From Isurus oxyrinchus (taxonomy: Eukaryota), in contig JANJGN010000041.1 in the NCBI GenBank assembly GCA_026770705.1, forward strand, positions 2,852,001 through 2,916,000: 64,000 nucleotides of DNA, in the 5' to 3' direction. Both the position numbers and the translations under genes were made by a program. The notes below the pieces were generated by a model. It did no database searches. It had not been told where the DNA came from and was given only the letters and a program-made list of their open reading frames with translations. Position 1 is the first letter of the stretch, and every line of letters starts with the position of its first letter. Positions 52,676 to 64,000 of this stretch are shown piece after piece.

Positions 52676-53416
52676 AACACCTGCAGTCTGTCCGCAAGAA
52701 TGACCCAAACCTCCCTGTCGCTTGCCATTTTAACACTCCACCCTGCTCTCTTGCCCACATGTCTGTCCTTGGCTTGCTGCATTGTTCCAGTGAAGCCCAA
52801 CGCAAACTGGAGGAACAGCACCTCATCTTCCGACTATGCACTTTACAGCCTTCCGGACTGAATATTGAATTCAATAACTTTAGTTCGTGAGCTCCCTTCC
52901 CCATCCCCGCCCCCTTTTTGTTTCCCCCTTCCCTTTTTTTCCAATAAATTATAAAGTTTTTCCTTTTTCCACCTATTTCCATTATTTAAAATTAAAACAC
53001 CCCCACTAGAGATATACCTTGAGTGCCCTACCATCCATTATTAATTAGCACATTCGTTTAGATAATATCACCAACTTTAACTTTAACACCTATGTGTTCT
53101 TTTGTACTATTGTTGTTGACATCTTTTGATGATCTGCTTCTATCACTGCTTGTTTGTCCCTACAACCACACCCTTCCCCCTCCACCTCTCTCTCTCTCTC
53201 TCTCTCTCCGCCGCCCACACACACACCTTAAATCAGCTTATATTTCAACTCTTTCTTGGACTCGAACTCAAGTTCTGTCGAAGGATCATGAGGACTCGAA
53301 ACGTCAACTCTTTTCTTTCTTCGCCGATGCTACCAGACCTGCTGAGTTTATCCAGGCAATTCTGTTTTTGCTTTGCTTTGGATTTCCAGCATCCACAGTT
53401 TTTTTTTTGTTTTTAT
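52676..53416 (+). mobile_element. Young 5'-truncated Penelope-like element with 12-bp target-site duplication
   Basis: It carries an uninterrupted GIY-YIG endonuclease C-terminus, EHLQSVRKNDPNLPVACHFN...RKLEEQHLIFRLCTLQPSGLNIEF*. AAGTAATGGAAG is repeated at 52664-52675 and 53417-53428. Confidence 0.88.
53271..53309 (+). ncRNA. Minimal type I hammerhead ribozyme-like motif in the Penelope-like 3' region
   Basis: AGTT-CTGTCGA-AGGATCATGAGGACTC-GAAA-CGT-C-AACT. Helix I is AGTT/AACT, the core is a CUGNNGA variant, and GAAA is followed by a palindromic ACGT mini helix III and a GUC site. Confidence 0.55.
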
Positions 53417-55991
53417 AAGTAATGGAAGGGTTCATCAAGCGGCATCTGATCAGCAGTACTCTGCTCATGGAGGCTTAGTCTGGTTCCAAAAGATTCAGTC
53501 TGTTCCTAATAGCATCACCACCATGGTCAAAATATGAGGTAACAGCTTGACTCCAGATGTGACGTGATAGTGACCACACCTGATATCAAGGGAGCATATG
53601 ATCACGTGTGGCATCAAGGCGCCCTCAAATAAACTGAGTCAACGTGAATTAATGGGAAAACTCTTCGTTAGATGGAGTCATATCTGGCACAAATGTATAT
53701 TGTTCTGGTAGTTGCAGAAGATTCATCTCAGTTCAAGGATGTCACTGCAGGAGATGCTGAGGATTTTGGCTAGTCCTCAGTACCATCAGCTGCTCCATCT
53801 ATCACCATTCTTCCAACATAAGCTCATAATTGGTGATTTTCGATTACGATTGCACAATGGAGAGTATATTTGCAATGCCCCAAATACTGACCCGTCCATG
53901 CCCAAATACTGGAATGCTTGGATATTATCCAGGCTTGTGGAGAGAAGAGGCAAGTAACGTTCATGACACATAAGTACTTAGCATTTTTATCTCAAAAAAA
54001 TAAACTAACCATCGTCGCTTGGCATAAGTAATATTATAATTTCCGAAACCACCGCTACCATCATCCTAGGAACAACTGTTGACCAGTAATTGAACTGGCC
54101 AAACCATACAAATATTGTGGCTACAAGAGCAGGCCAGTGGATAGGGAATCTGCCGCGAGCAGATCACGATCTGACTCCCCACTGCTGGGCCACCACCTAC
54201 AATACACAACTCAGGAGATCCCGGAACAATGCTGCTCCAACAGCCCTCAGCATCCTCAATACCATCCATGACAAAGCTGGATTGGCAGCCCTTCAATAAG
54301 CGTGCACTCCCTCCACCAGCAACGAACAATGATGGCAGTGTGCACCAGCTGCAATATTTCCCTCAGGAGTACAGCCCTCTGCCTTAGACAGTACATCGTA
54401 AATCCAGAACAGCTGCCATCTAGAAGTACAAGAACAGCAGGCACATGGGAAAACCAGCACTTGCAGGTTTTCCTCCCCGCTACTCACCATCCTAGCTTGG
54501 GAAGATCCGCATTCATTCATTGTCGCTGGGTCAGACCCTGGAGCTACCACCTTTTACTGAACTGTTGGTTTATCTGCAACAAACGGACAACCAAGGCTCA
54601 AGCATTGTATTCCCCACCACCTTGACAAGTGTAATTAGGACGGGCAGTCAATGGCTGCCTAGAACAGTGATACTAACATTCCGTAAATTATAAAGAAGAA
54701 TGTAGACATGTTAACAAGTTGAGAATTTTTCCAACTTTTCGTCACTATGTGGCATTCTGTTCATAAACAATGACTGCAATGATATTGAATTTATTCAACG
54801 TAGATGTAGAAAGATTTTTTGGTACAGCAGGGAGTTATGGGTTTTGGACCATGTTGGAAGTTCGAGTACAGATAGCTTGCAGGTCCGTTCTGACCATAGT
54901 GAATAGTGGAGCAGCATAGGAGTGTCGATTGATCTGCTTCAGACGCTCAGTGCTATATTCAAATCTTAACTTTTCCCTAATTGTAAACAACATACATACA
55001 TATTTACTCCTGTGCTCCAATCCTCTTACAAATAAAGCTAACGTGTCATCTGCCCTCTTAAGCGATTTCTTTACACAGAAGCCCTCGTGTTTCAAAGTTT
55101 TTAAATATTATACTCTGCTTTAATAATATTAGTGTCGAAGTCAGTGAATTCACACTTCGACACATGACACTTCATGTAACATCATATTGACAGCTCAATT
55201 CATCATTCTATATCTCTCTGTAACCTTTCTGTTCTCCCGCTCAGCTAATCTTTCTCCATAGGTCTATATGATCAGCAGGGTTTGATACATAATTCTTTGT
55301 CTCTACTCTCGAGTCATTAAGATTGATTTTTGGAGCCATTCAGCAACTTTCAGCCTTTTAAATAGGAACAAGATAATGCCATTCTCAGCGTCAGGCATTT
55401 TAGAATAGGTGTACAATGCCTCGAGCCAGTTCTACAGAAATAGAAGAAGGCAATTTTGTCCTTCTTTTGTTTTTGTACAGACGAGGTGGGGGAAGGCATT
55501 CAGACTCTGCCAATCCTATTACACAGGGAACGGGGGTAACACAATTAATTCTATTTTCTACCCTGTAACACAGGAGCTGGGGGATGTCATTTAGCACCCA
55601 CAGCCTGTTGCCGTGGAACTCTGCGGGGGAATGACTGTACTGGAGCAATAAACACGTCATTGGAATGCTCCACACAAGCCCTAATGGAGGACACAAATTT
55701 GAAAAAAAAAATGCTCCTCTTGTAGAATTGCATATGCAGCGGAATATCAATGTTAAAGATTTCTTTGTTGTTGATGGTTTTCATGATATGACAGTAACCA
55801 AGTGGAAGCTGTACTGTATGTTTCTGGCGCATGCGACCCTGAGGAATGGGGGATACATGTTGGTGAATTGAAGTTGCCAGATGATAACAAGGGTTTCAGT
55901 TAGCTCTCCCCGACATCGGTTTGTGTACCTCCTATTTATGACAAGATTTAAAAGAAGAAATGTTGGGCGTTTATGGTCAAGGAACGGATAA

Positions 55992-56156
55992 NNNNNNNNN
56001 NNNNNNNNNNNNNNNNNNNNNNNNNNNNNNNNNNNNNNNNNNNNNNNNNNNNNNNNNNNNNNNNNNNNNNNNNNNNNNNNNNNNNNNNNNNNNNNNNNNN
56101 NNNNNNNNNNNNNNNNNNNNNNNNNNNNNNNNNNNNNNNNNNNNNNNNNNNNNNNN
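55992..56156. other. Assembly gap (165 N)
   Basis: Run of N. Confidence 0.99.
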
Positions 56157-58210
56157 ACAATATGATTGAAAGTGTCCTCCACTTTCAAGTGGGGAAGAGT
56201 GTGCCTGAGTCAAGTGTTTAAGTGTAAAGATGGACATCTATTTGGGCATGCAAGCTAGAGTGAGCTGATGCGAATGTGAATATTAGGCTTGGTGAGAGGT
56301 CAAAGGAGCAGCAGTGGCTTGCAGTTAATGAGGCATTTCAGAAGACTCAGAGTACGTATATCTCTGCAGTAAAGAAAGATTCTTAATGGAGGACCCACCA
56401 TCCACGGATAACTAAAAAAGTTAGTGAAAGCAGCGAGGTAATGGAAAACAGAATAAACCGTGCAAAGTTTGTTGCCAGGTCAGGTTATTGGCCAGTTTAA
56501 TAGTAACATCAAGGAATGGACTAAATGGTTACCGGGAATAAGAAATTAGAGTCTGAGGTGAAAAAAAAACCTAGAAATGTAAAACGTATAGAAACAGTTT
56601 CATCAGAGTTTTTTCGAAAGGAGAAGAGGCAGTAAAGGGAGTGATATTCCCTTTCTGCATTAAAAAGAGAGTCAATATTAGCTAATAAGGGAATGGGGAA
56701 ATAAATGAAGGCATATTTTGCTGCTGTATTCAGCACACAAGTAACACAAATGTTCCACTAATTGCTGGAAAGCAAGACAGGAAAGGAAGAGGTATCTTGG
56801 TGAAATCACAATCACTAGGAAAGAGGTCCTAAACAAACTGATGGAGCTGCAGGCAGACACGTCTCAGGGACCTCTGGAACATCATCCTAGGATCTTAAAA
56901 GAGGTGGCTAATAAAGTGGTAGATGCGTTTTTGCTTAAATTCCAATTTTAACAATTTTCGGGAAACATTCCATTCCAATGGGAGCACGAAAAGAACCTCA
57001 CAATTCAACAAGGACGGGATATGGATAACAAGACACTATGGGCCAGTTAGCTTTACATCTGCCATGGGGACGGTGCTAGAAATGATCAGGCAGAAGTTTA
57101 TAGCTGGGCATTTAGAGATAATCAAGATAATTGGGAACATTATCCATGGTATTCTGAAAGGGACGTCTTGTTTAACCATTATTTGCCGTTGTTTGAATTA
57201 TAGACATGCATTGTGGATAAAGGGCTGATTTTGTATGTGCTGTATTTCGGATTCTCGGAAGGCATTTGATAAGATGCCACATCAAAGTTTAGTTTAGATG
57301 AAAAATGTTCATGGCCAAAGGGTTAACTTATTAGCATTGATAGAAGATTGGGTAGCCAGCAGGTAAGAGAGACGATGGAGCATAATCTGGGATAATGGGA
57401 AGTTGTCACTTTGGCACAGACAATGAAAATAAAACTGGGTAATGATTAAACTGAGAAAGGCTGCAGGATTCCGAACTGCAGGAGAATCAAGCTGGTCAAG
57501 TACATGAGTTGGAGAAAGTGGCCATGCAGGGAGAGCATGTAGTTTCAGAATGAAATGCTATGCTTTTTTTGTGATGGGAATTGAAATTAAAAATAAGGAT
57601 GCTCTGCTTCACTTAAGCAGATCATTGCTGAAATCTAGAATTTTGTGCGTCGTTTTGATTGCCCTGTTTATGCAAGGATGTGGATGCCTGGGGGCGCTTC
57701 AGAGAACGCTCACTAGGTTGTCACCTGGAATGAATGGAATGTGTTGTGAGGAAACTTTAAGAAGATCGGACTTGCCTGCACAGCATTTTACAGGAGGGGG
57801 GGAAATAATTGAATTCTATGCGAACCTGAAAGCTTTGTCGAAGGCTGTGGGAATCCATCCTTGATGTTTTGGTTGAGCCGCTAATTAGGAGTCATTTATT
57901 TTTTTCCTAATTGCTTTGCCCTTGTAGCACACAGTTTTTCTATTTGTTTGTGTGCGTTTTTGTTTGTTTCTCCTCGAGGTTATTCTGACGTTTGAACTCT
58001 CTGCATTAGAAGGCCGAGGAGGCCCGATCACTGAATATTGTTAAGATGGAGGCCAATATATTTTAGCCAGGAAGATTAATCAAAGTTTATAGGGTTGGTT
58101 GGGATTTTGGTACTTGAAAAAATCAGATTCTCCATGAACTTAATGAAAGGAGGAGAAGGCTCGATGTTCCAAATAGCCTATGTCTGCTCAAATCTTCTGT
58201 GTTTGTATGT
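56157..58210 (+). mobile_element. Degraded CR1 LINE ORF2 to 3' end
   Basis: EVLNKLMELQADTSQGPLEHHPRILKEVANKVVDAFL (~56825), KAFDKMPH (~57260), and a CR1-type 3' tail near 58160-58210. Confidence 0.8.
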
Positions 58211-58279
58211 TCGTAATCGTGACAACATGGACCAATTTGATCAAAACAATATAAACTTAAAATTTAAGTTCTTATCAGA

Positions 58280-58850
58280 GCGGTAGAGTTCAGAGTGCAC
58301 AAAGGCGATGGATGAATGAGGTTTCGTGAGATTTTGATATTAGACAGCAGAGTTCGAGATGCACTTTGATCGCACAGATTTGTAACTGGGTGTTGCCAGG
58401 AAAATAATTAGTGAAGTTGAGCCTGGATTTCTCAGAAGGACAGGTGAGACCTTGAGCAGCAGATGATCTGGAGTACATGTTCTGATATCATGTTGGGGAT
58501 CGAGTGATAAGCACTGGTTGAGTGTGATGATATGGAGGCGCTTGTCATTTAGTGTCAAGTAGATGGCAAAGGTTCTGCACTGTTTGTTTCAGCATCAGAT
58601 ATTGGCCAGACACTGGTCCAGGAACGCATATTGATTAGAAATTAGGAAAAAGTCCGCCATCTTCACATTCTTGAGCATCGCCCATGTTAATGCCATGAAT
58701 CATGGATTTTAGGCATAACATCTGGATATAATGATTTAACAGGAAGTCCGCCACAGCAATGATAGGAGAATGAGTTAACAAAATCATCAGTAAGTTAAGA
58801 ATGGGTTGCCGAGTTAATAACTGGACGCCGAGATTCAAAAAATAAATACA
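58280..58850 (-). mobile_element. Possible old Penelope-like element N-terminal fragment
   Basis: The minus frame LTLNDKRLHIITLNQCL resembles, from memory, the N-terminal TL.AMRRH..TL region of shark Penelope-like ORFs. Confidence 0.3.
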
Positions 58851-59069
58851 AAGCAGGGCACATTAAATAGCTAGAATAGCAGCGTCAAACATCGCCCATA
58901 GAATTACTCACTGAGTAGAGTATCTTATTGGGGCACAAACAGTAGCCACGATAACTAAGAAATATATTAAAACACTGGTCCGAAATGGGTCAGTTCGGCT
59001 TAGTTATCCACTAATCATTTGCAGAAATAACGTTGAAACTGTAAGATAATCCACTGCCCCTTGTTTGTA

Positions 59070-59270
59070 CATTCCATTCTATTGTTCCTACATCGACTGC
59101 ATTGTGGTAACATTCGAAACAATTGATCTCAGATGCATATTCAGTTTTGCAATATTCAGTTCGTTTATTCTCAGATTCAAATGCATTCTGGAACATTTAA
59201 TTCTGTTGTTCTCAGATTCAAAATGCATTGTTGTACCATCCTAATCTATTGTTCTGAGATTCAGAACTGT
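59070..59270. repeat. Minisatellite, ~42 bp unit, ~5 copies
   Basis: A TTGTTCTCAGATTCAAATGCATT-like core at about 59086, 59128, 59170, 59211 and 59254. Confidence 0.75.
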
Positions 59271-59354
59271 GTACGCAAACTGGGTAAATGTTGCTCGAAA
59301 ATGGAAATCCAACGGCAAAGTGGAGTCTCATTGACTGCCGCAGCGCCAGGCCTG

Positions 59355-59426
59355 TTTTCTTTAGTATAGTGGTGAATATCCCCACCTTCCACACGGGGCA
59401 TCGGGGTTCCATTTACCAATGGGGAG
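59355..59426 (+). pseudogene. tRNA-Asp-derived pseudogene (copy 1)
   Basis: 72 nt collinear with vertebrate tRNA-Asp(GTC) (TTAGTATAGTGGTGAATATCCCC...CGGGGTTCCATT...GGGGAG). The acceptor and anticodon stems are disrupted and the anticodon position now reads TCC. Confidence 0.8.
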
Positions 59427-61448
59427 AAAAGTCATTGTTTGAATTGTGCACTGTGGAATATGTGGTCATGCTTTTGATTAGCAAATCGGTTTTCATCTCC
59501 CCATGATGATTTACCTAAAGAGCAGTTCCTCATCACTTGGGACAGAAGACAGATTTGCAAGTATACATTGTGAGTAAAGTTTCTGGAAAGATCTGGGTAT
59601 CAAATTCCCCTCTCGGTAACAGCACTTCAATCCATCATGCTGTCTGCTTCCATCTTGGAGACATCGCAATGTTTACGCAAAATTACGCATCCCAAAGTTT
59701 ATCCAGAGCACTTCATTCAAATGAATGAATTGACAACGGCGCAAGTCATATCAGATTTTTCGATAACCGATGAGGTCAACGTAATTCACATCAAAACCAC
59801 GATTGAGCATCCAGGCCGAACTGATGACAACCCGCTCCAGGTAATATCACAGCTTTACATCGCCCGTAACCGAAGCTGTTGAAGCCTGAAATAAGTTTGC
59901 TATGGCCAGAGTGCCAACTGAAATGTACTCAATGTATTTCGCTAAGCACCAAACTGGCAAACGCAGAAAGGAAAGAACATTTGAAGTCACGAAAATGTCC
60001 ATTCCACATTCCACACTTTAACGCCATTCTTGAATTTAGACATTACTTGTGTTATGTGATCACTTCCCTTCAGCATATATAAATTCAAGCCAAAAGAAAT
60101 AACAACCTTGCATGCAGTCGTCTCAAATGACCAAGATAGTCTTGTGCAAAAACAGATTTTCGCCAAGAATCCCCTGGTTCTGTCAGCAACGCATCAAATC
60201 TTTGCCGCCTGGGAATTTGCTGCACTTCAACTAACCTTCTGACTGTCAAATGAGTCTGGATTTTGAACGACACTCAATAAACTCTTCAGAACACACGGTG
60301 CTTAAAAGTGAAATAAGCTATTCGATTTCACTTTTGCATGCAACCCGAATTATGCATGCCTTGTTCCTCACACCTAATAGGTTCTCCCCCAAGTGAGATG
60401 AACAGGTGAAAAAAATGTCCGCTGGGCGAGAAAACCAGTTAATTTTAATAGACAACTAAATTATTGGAAAAAGTCAGCGGGCCTGAAAAAATCTGTGGAA
60501 AGTAAGACACGGTTTACTTTACGAGTCTGTGTGGCACTTCCAAAAAACGGTAATTAATTTTAAACTTTGTTTGGACGTGTTTGTATATGTTGCTCTACGC
60601 AGTCTATCCTCACCAAATTACTCCACTCCTCTTTAGGCAGTTAACAAGTTAACATTCAGTCTGAAATGAAACTAGCCGTGTGGATATCCTATCCAGTCGC
60701 CTCATAAACGAATAAATCAAAACACGCTCTCCCCATGTAGCCTCCGCTCCTCTGACCTCAACTCCCTCTGCTGGTCCTCACTTCTGCATCGACAGCTTTC
60801 CAGAAATTGATGATTTTTAACCCTTCGATCGAACGCCCTTTTTTTATTTCTGTGCTGAAAGCTGATCATGAGATTTCAAGCTTTTTGTTATCCACTTTGC
60901 ATGACGTCCCTTTCGTACACGGATCCTATTGCTGCACTAAGGCTTTATCTCTGAAGAGGGACCAAGAAGGACTTAAGATAGAGAGTGACAGAGCCCATGA
61001 TTTGGAAACGTTGCTTCTGTCAATATTGTTTATGTTGCTGCATGGTAAAAGAAGAAATTAGCGTCTTCCAATACTGGTTACATGTCATGTTTTGCATCTG
61101 ACAAATTGACATGGTTTTTGCGGATATTGGAAATATAGCAGGGAGTGTCACTGCAGCAGAAAGGCGTTTGAAGCGTATGGCCGACTTGAATTCCTTGCGA
61201 ATTCTTTGCGAGACTTTGTGAGTGAAGAAATGAGTGAAATAGCTGAGGAAGAAGCAGCTTTGCTTCAGCACAACGGACAAAACCGATGCCATTCAACGAT
61301 TTTTAAGAAAGAAGATTTATCCAGTATAAACCGATGGAAGGTAAGTGTCTGCATTGAGCAGGCAAAGTGTGTAACTCTTGCTTCAAAATGAAAATCTCAC
61401 CGCAAACTGGAACCTTACTGGCTCCCTTGGAAAGCAGAAGCAGGCCGC

Positions 61449-61509
61449 TCCTCGTTCGTATACCCCGCCTGTCACGCAGGAGACTGGGGTTTAAATTCCC
61501 GACGGGTAG
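61449..61509 (+). pseudogene. tRNA-Asp(GTC) pseudogene (copy 2) lacking most of the D-arm
   Basis: TCCTCGTTCGTATACCCCGCCTGTCACGCAGGAGACTGGGGTTTAAATTCCCGACGGGTAG. The GTC anticodon arm is retained, but about 11 nt of the D-loop/A-box are deleted. Confidence 0.85.
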
Positions 61510-62059
61510 ACAAGTCCATGGTCATATATTGCGAGATTGAAAGAGTTACCATGCTTTTCATTCGGAAACTGCTTTTAATTTCCACAATGTGATTGACAGA
61601 ATGGGTATCTACAGGAGAGAAGGCAGATTTGCTCAAATATAAAATGAGCAGATTTTCTGGACAGATGAGTTGATCAAAATCACTTGTGATCAACGACGCT
61701 TTCCGCCATTATTCTGTACCCTTACATCTTGTAAGCGTCGAAACGTTTACCCAAAATAACGCTTTTCCATATGTGTCCACTGTTTATGCTGCCTGAGTTC
61801 CTGGTGCTGGTGCAGCACATCAATGCCAATGGAGTATTGAGTGCACGCTTTATATTCGGAGGTTAGTACATCTCTCATGAAGCATTAAGAGAGAGAGGCG
61901 GAGGCAATTCAGCCAATGGAAGCTGCGCTGCTTTTCAGTTGCAATGTAGCTGACATGTGTCGGAACTCCATCAATGCTCATTGGCTCCATGATACTTGAA
62001 CATTTGTCAAAATGAAAGTTACCAAATGCAGTTTTTAAAATGATTCATTTGTTTTCTAA

Positions 62060-62490
62060 ATTAACCTCAAAGCACCATGTTGTTAATCCTTGTCTCCTCG
62101 TACTACCCCTCTCCCTGTTGTCACTTACTGATATATTGCATCATTCATATACCATGTTTCCAAATCCCGATATCTGCTCATCCCCTCCTTATCTCTGAAA
62201 TCACCTCCTGCCGAATAATTAATTCAGGTATTAATGGTTCTCGAATTCACGCCTCATTTGCTTTCCTTGGCAGGAATGCATTCTGCTGCTGGAGCCTCGA
62301 GCTCCTGTATTCCGACTGTTAGCCTCTCCACCTCTCTCTTCCCGTTTTAGATAATCCCTAAAATAAAATGTTCTCATTTGAACTTGAGGTCGACTATTCT
62401 TAATATGTTTCGGGGTGGGTTTTGGTAATTTATCCCACTCTCAGGCTTGTGTGTGGCGCCTTGGGACATTTCTGCACTCATCTGGAGGGA
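62060..62490 (+). mobile_element. L2-like LINE 3' fragment
   Basis: C/T-rich body ending in GCGCCTTGGGACATTT, typical of L2-type 3' ends. Recognised by eye. Confidence 0.45.
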
Positions 62491-62534
62491 CAAAGATATC
62501 ACCTTGCTAATTGGGCAGTGCAGACGCATCCGTT

Positions 62535-63200
62535 CATCTCAGTTTGACACGATTGGAGCACTCTGAATATGGCTGGTCCCATATCCCTCACTTCTAACAC
62601 AGTCTCAGGACCGTGTGCAGTGTTGGTGTCTGTATCCCTCTGGTAGAGCACCCTTGGAGAACTGTCCGCAGTTCTGGTCTCCATATCACTCGGTTAGACC
62701 ACACTTGGAGGGCTGAGCAAAGTTCTGGTCACAATACCCCTCGGATTGTTAACATTTGTAGCGCTGTGCACATTTCTGGTCTCCATATCCCTCGGTTAGA
62801 CCGCACTTGGAGTGTTGTGCACAGATCCGGTCTCCATATCCATTCGTTAGCCGAAGCATGGAGCTCTGTGCACAGTTATAGTCTAACATGCGTTGGTTAG
62901 ACCACACCTGGAGTATTGTGAACAGTCCTGGTCACCATACCACTCGGTTAGACCCCACTTGGAGCACAGTACACAGTTCCAGTGTCAATATCTCTCAGTT
63001 ACACCATATAAGGAGCATTGTGCACGCTTGTGGCCTCCATTAGCCTCGGTTGGGCTGCATGCAGAGCACTGGAAGCAGCGCTGCTCTCAGTATCTCATGT
63101 TTAGACAGTACCTGGAGCACTGAACACAGCACTGATTTTACTGTCGAGATGTTAGATCACACTAGTTACAGTGTGCACAGCTCTTGGCTCTACGTGCGGC
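62535..63200 (+). repeat. CR1-derived minisatellite, ~51 bp unit, ~13 copies
   Basis: The unit CCTCGGTTAGACCACACTTGGAG..CTGTGCACAGTTCTGGTCTCCATAT recurs at about 62636, 62687, 62738, 62789, 62840, 62891, 62941, 62991 and 63043. It translates as VRPHLEYC.Q.WSPY, a CR1 ORF2 motif. Confidence 0.88.
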
Positions 63201-64000
63201 TATGCTATCATCAATGTCCATAGATGAGCTCTCAGTATGCATCAGCAATCAAAAGTGTGACACACAATTCCACGGATCAATAAATTCCTTCGCAGGTATG
63301 GTCTTGTGATTTTGGGACAGTGGAAGGGCCTGTAATATGGGAGGATCCAATGAAGAGGAGATTTTGATGCCTTGGGAATGCCGATTCATTTTTAAGTGCT
63401 GTGGGGCTGCATGAGGTATAGAATGTTGAATAAGTCGCTTTGTGAGGCCAACCTGAGGTTTAGGCTGAGACTGACTCTAATATATGTAATTCCAGCTATG
63501 AATCATGTGAAGAAAACTGTCTGTTTCGATCACTGCCTCTTCCCCGTGTCTCCTTTCTCACTCGGATCAGCCTGTCACCATATCGACAGGGAGGGAGGAG
63601 AGGTAAGGAAATGGCAGGGTCGAACTGACATCTTCAAACGCCACTGACAACATGTGTGTAGAAAATGGCAGGGTGTCATTGGCATTTTATAGCTCCTGAA
63701 TAGTCATGCTTTCAGAATCAGAACTACAATCAATGCCAAAGGTTCGCCAACCATATTCTTGGGTTTGTCATGGCCCAATGACAGGAGCGAGGTACGTTGC
63801 ATTTTGGCACAGGGGCATATAAGAGGTCTGAGCTTGTACTTGCAATGCTTGCTCAGCAGTGACTCCAGGCTCTGTCATGTCACAAGGCTTGAGGGCAAAC
63901 AGGGGAATGGGAACTCCCAGCTGCCTCTCTCCTGAAACTGATCAATCTCTACTCCCCCATTTTAAACACTGCATTGCAAAGCAATGAGCGTATCAAAGGT

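Larger units (their letters stand above)
52230..54700 (+). mobile_element. Degraded LINE (CR1/L2-clade family) split by a Penelope-like insertion
   Basis: The RT-region sequence (...IIRKVME|GFIKRHL...DIKGAYDHVWHQG) resumes after the insertion and runs to a 3' tail near 54690. Confidence 0.75.

Noticed and set aside
55781-56237. ORFs spanning the N run
   Set aside because: Artefacts of the assembly gap.
58635-58838. Minus ORF with NLLMILL...IAVADFLL resembling GPCR TM1-TM2
   Set aside because: I found no DRF, TM5 or TM7 motifs downstream, and the spacing is wrong. The neighbouring sequence looks more like a Penelope-like relic.
59355-59426. Functional tRNA-Gly(TCC) by anticodon switch
   Set aside because: The body is tRNA-Asp-derived with broken acceptor, anticodon and T stems, so it is a pseudogene.

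Overview
This is eukaryotic, repeat-rich vertebrate DNA. It is most likely a cartilaginous fish (shark), inferred from the repeat families and the GPCR type. Two same-strand class A GPCR genes of the GPR139/GPR142-like type are present. For the first, only the large coding exon (2-874) is inside the window. The second can be rebuilt as a spliced gene of 308 aa: a coding exon at 36921-36990 that the ORF track misses, an 8.3 kb phase-1 intron, and a second exon at 45280-46136, with a candidate TATA box, non-coding exon and polyA signals. Most other sequence is decayed transposons (CR1, a second CR1/L2-clade LINE, RTE, Penelope-like, SINE) and mini/microsatellites. The most notable hidden signals are: (1) a decayed minus-strand retroviral env resembling paramyxovirus-F-like (lokiretrovirus-type) fusion glycoproteins at 29598-30840, followed by an extra ORF relic, a polypurine tract and a probable LTR, with a possible second older env relic at about 10.4-11.4 kb; (2) a young Penelope-like insertion with a perfect 12-bp target-site duplication and a minimal hammerhead ribozyme motif; (3) two tRNA-Asp pseudogenes in an old 2.1 kb-spaced duplication; (4) a 51-bp minisatellite built from CR1 ORF2 sequence; (5) a roughly 3.8 kb decayed coiled-coil-like coding relic. 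All family assignments were made by eye, without database searches, and repeat boundaries are approximate.
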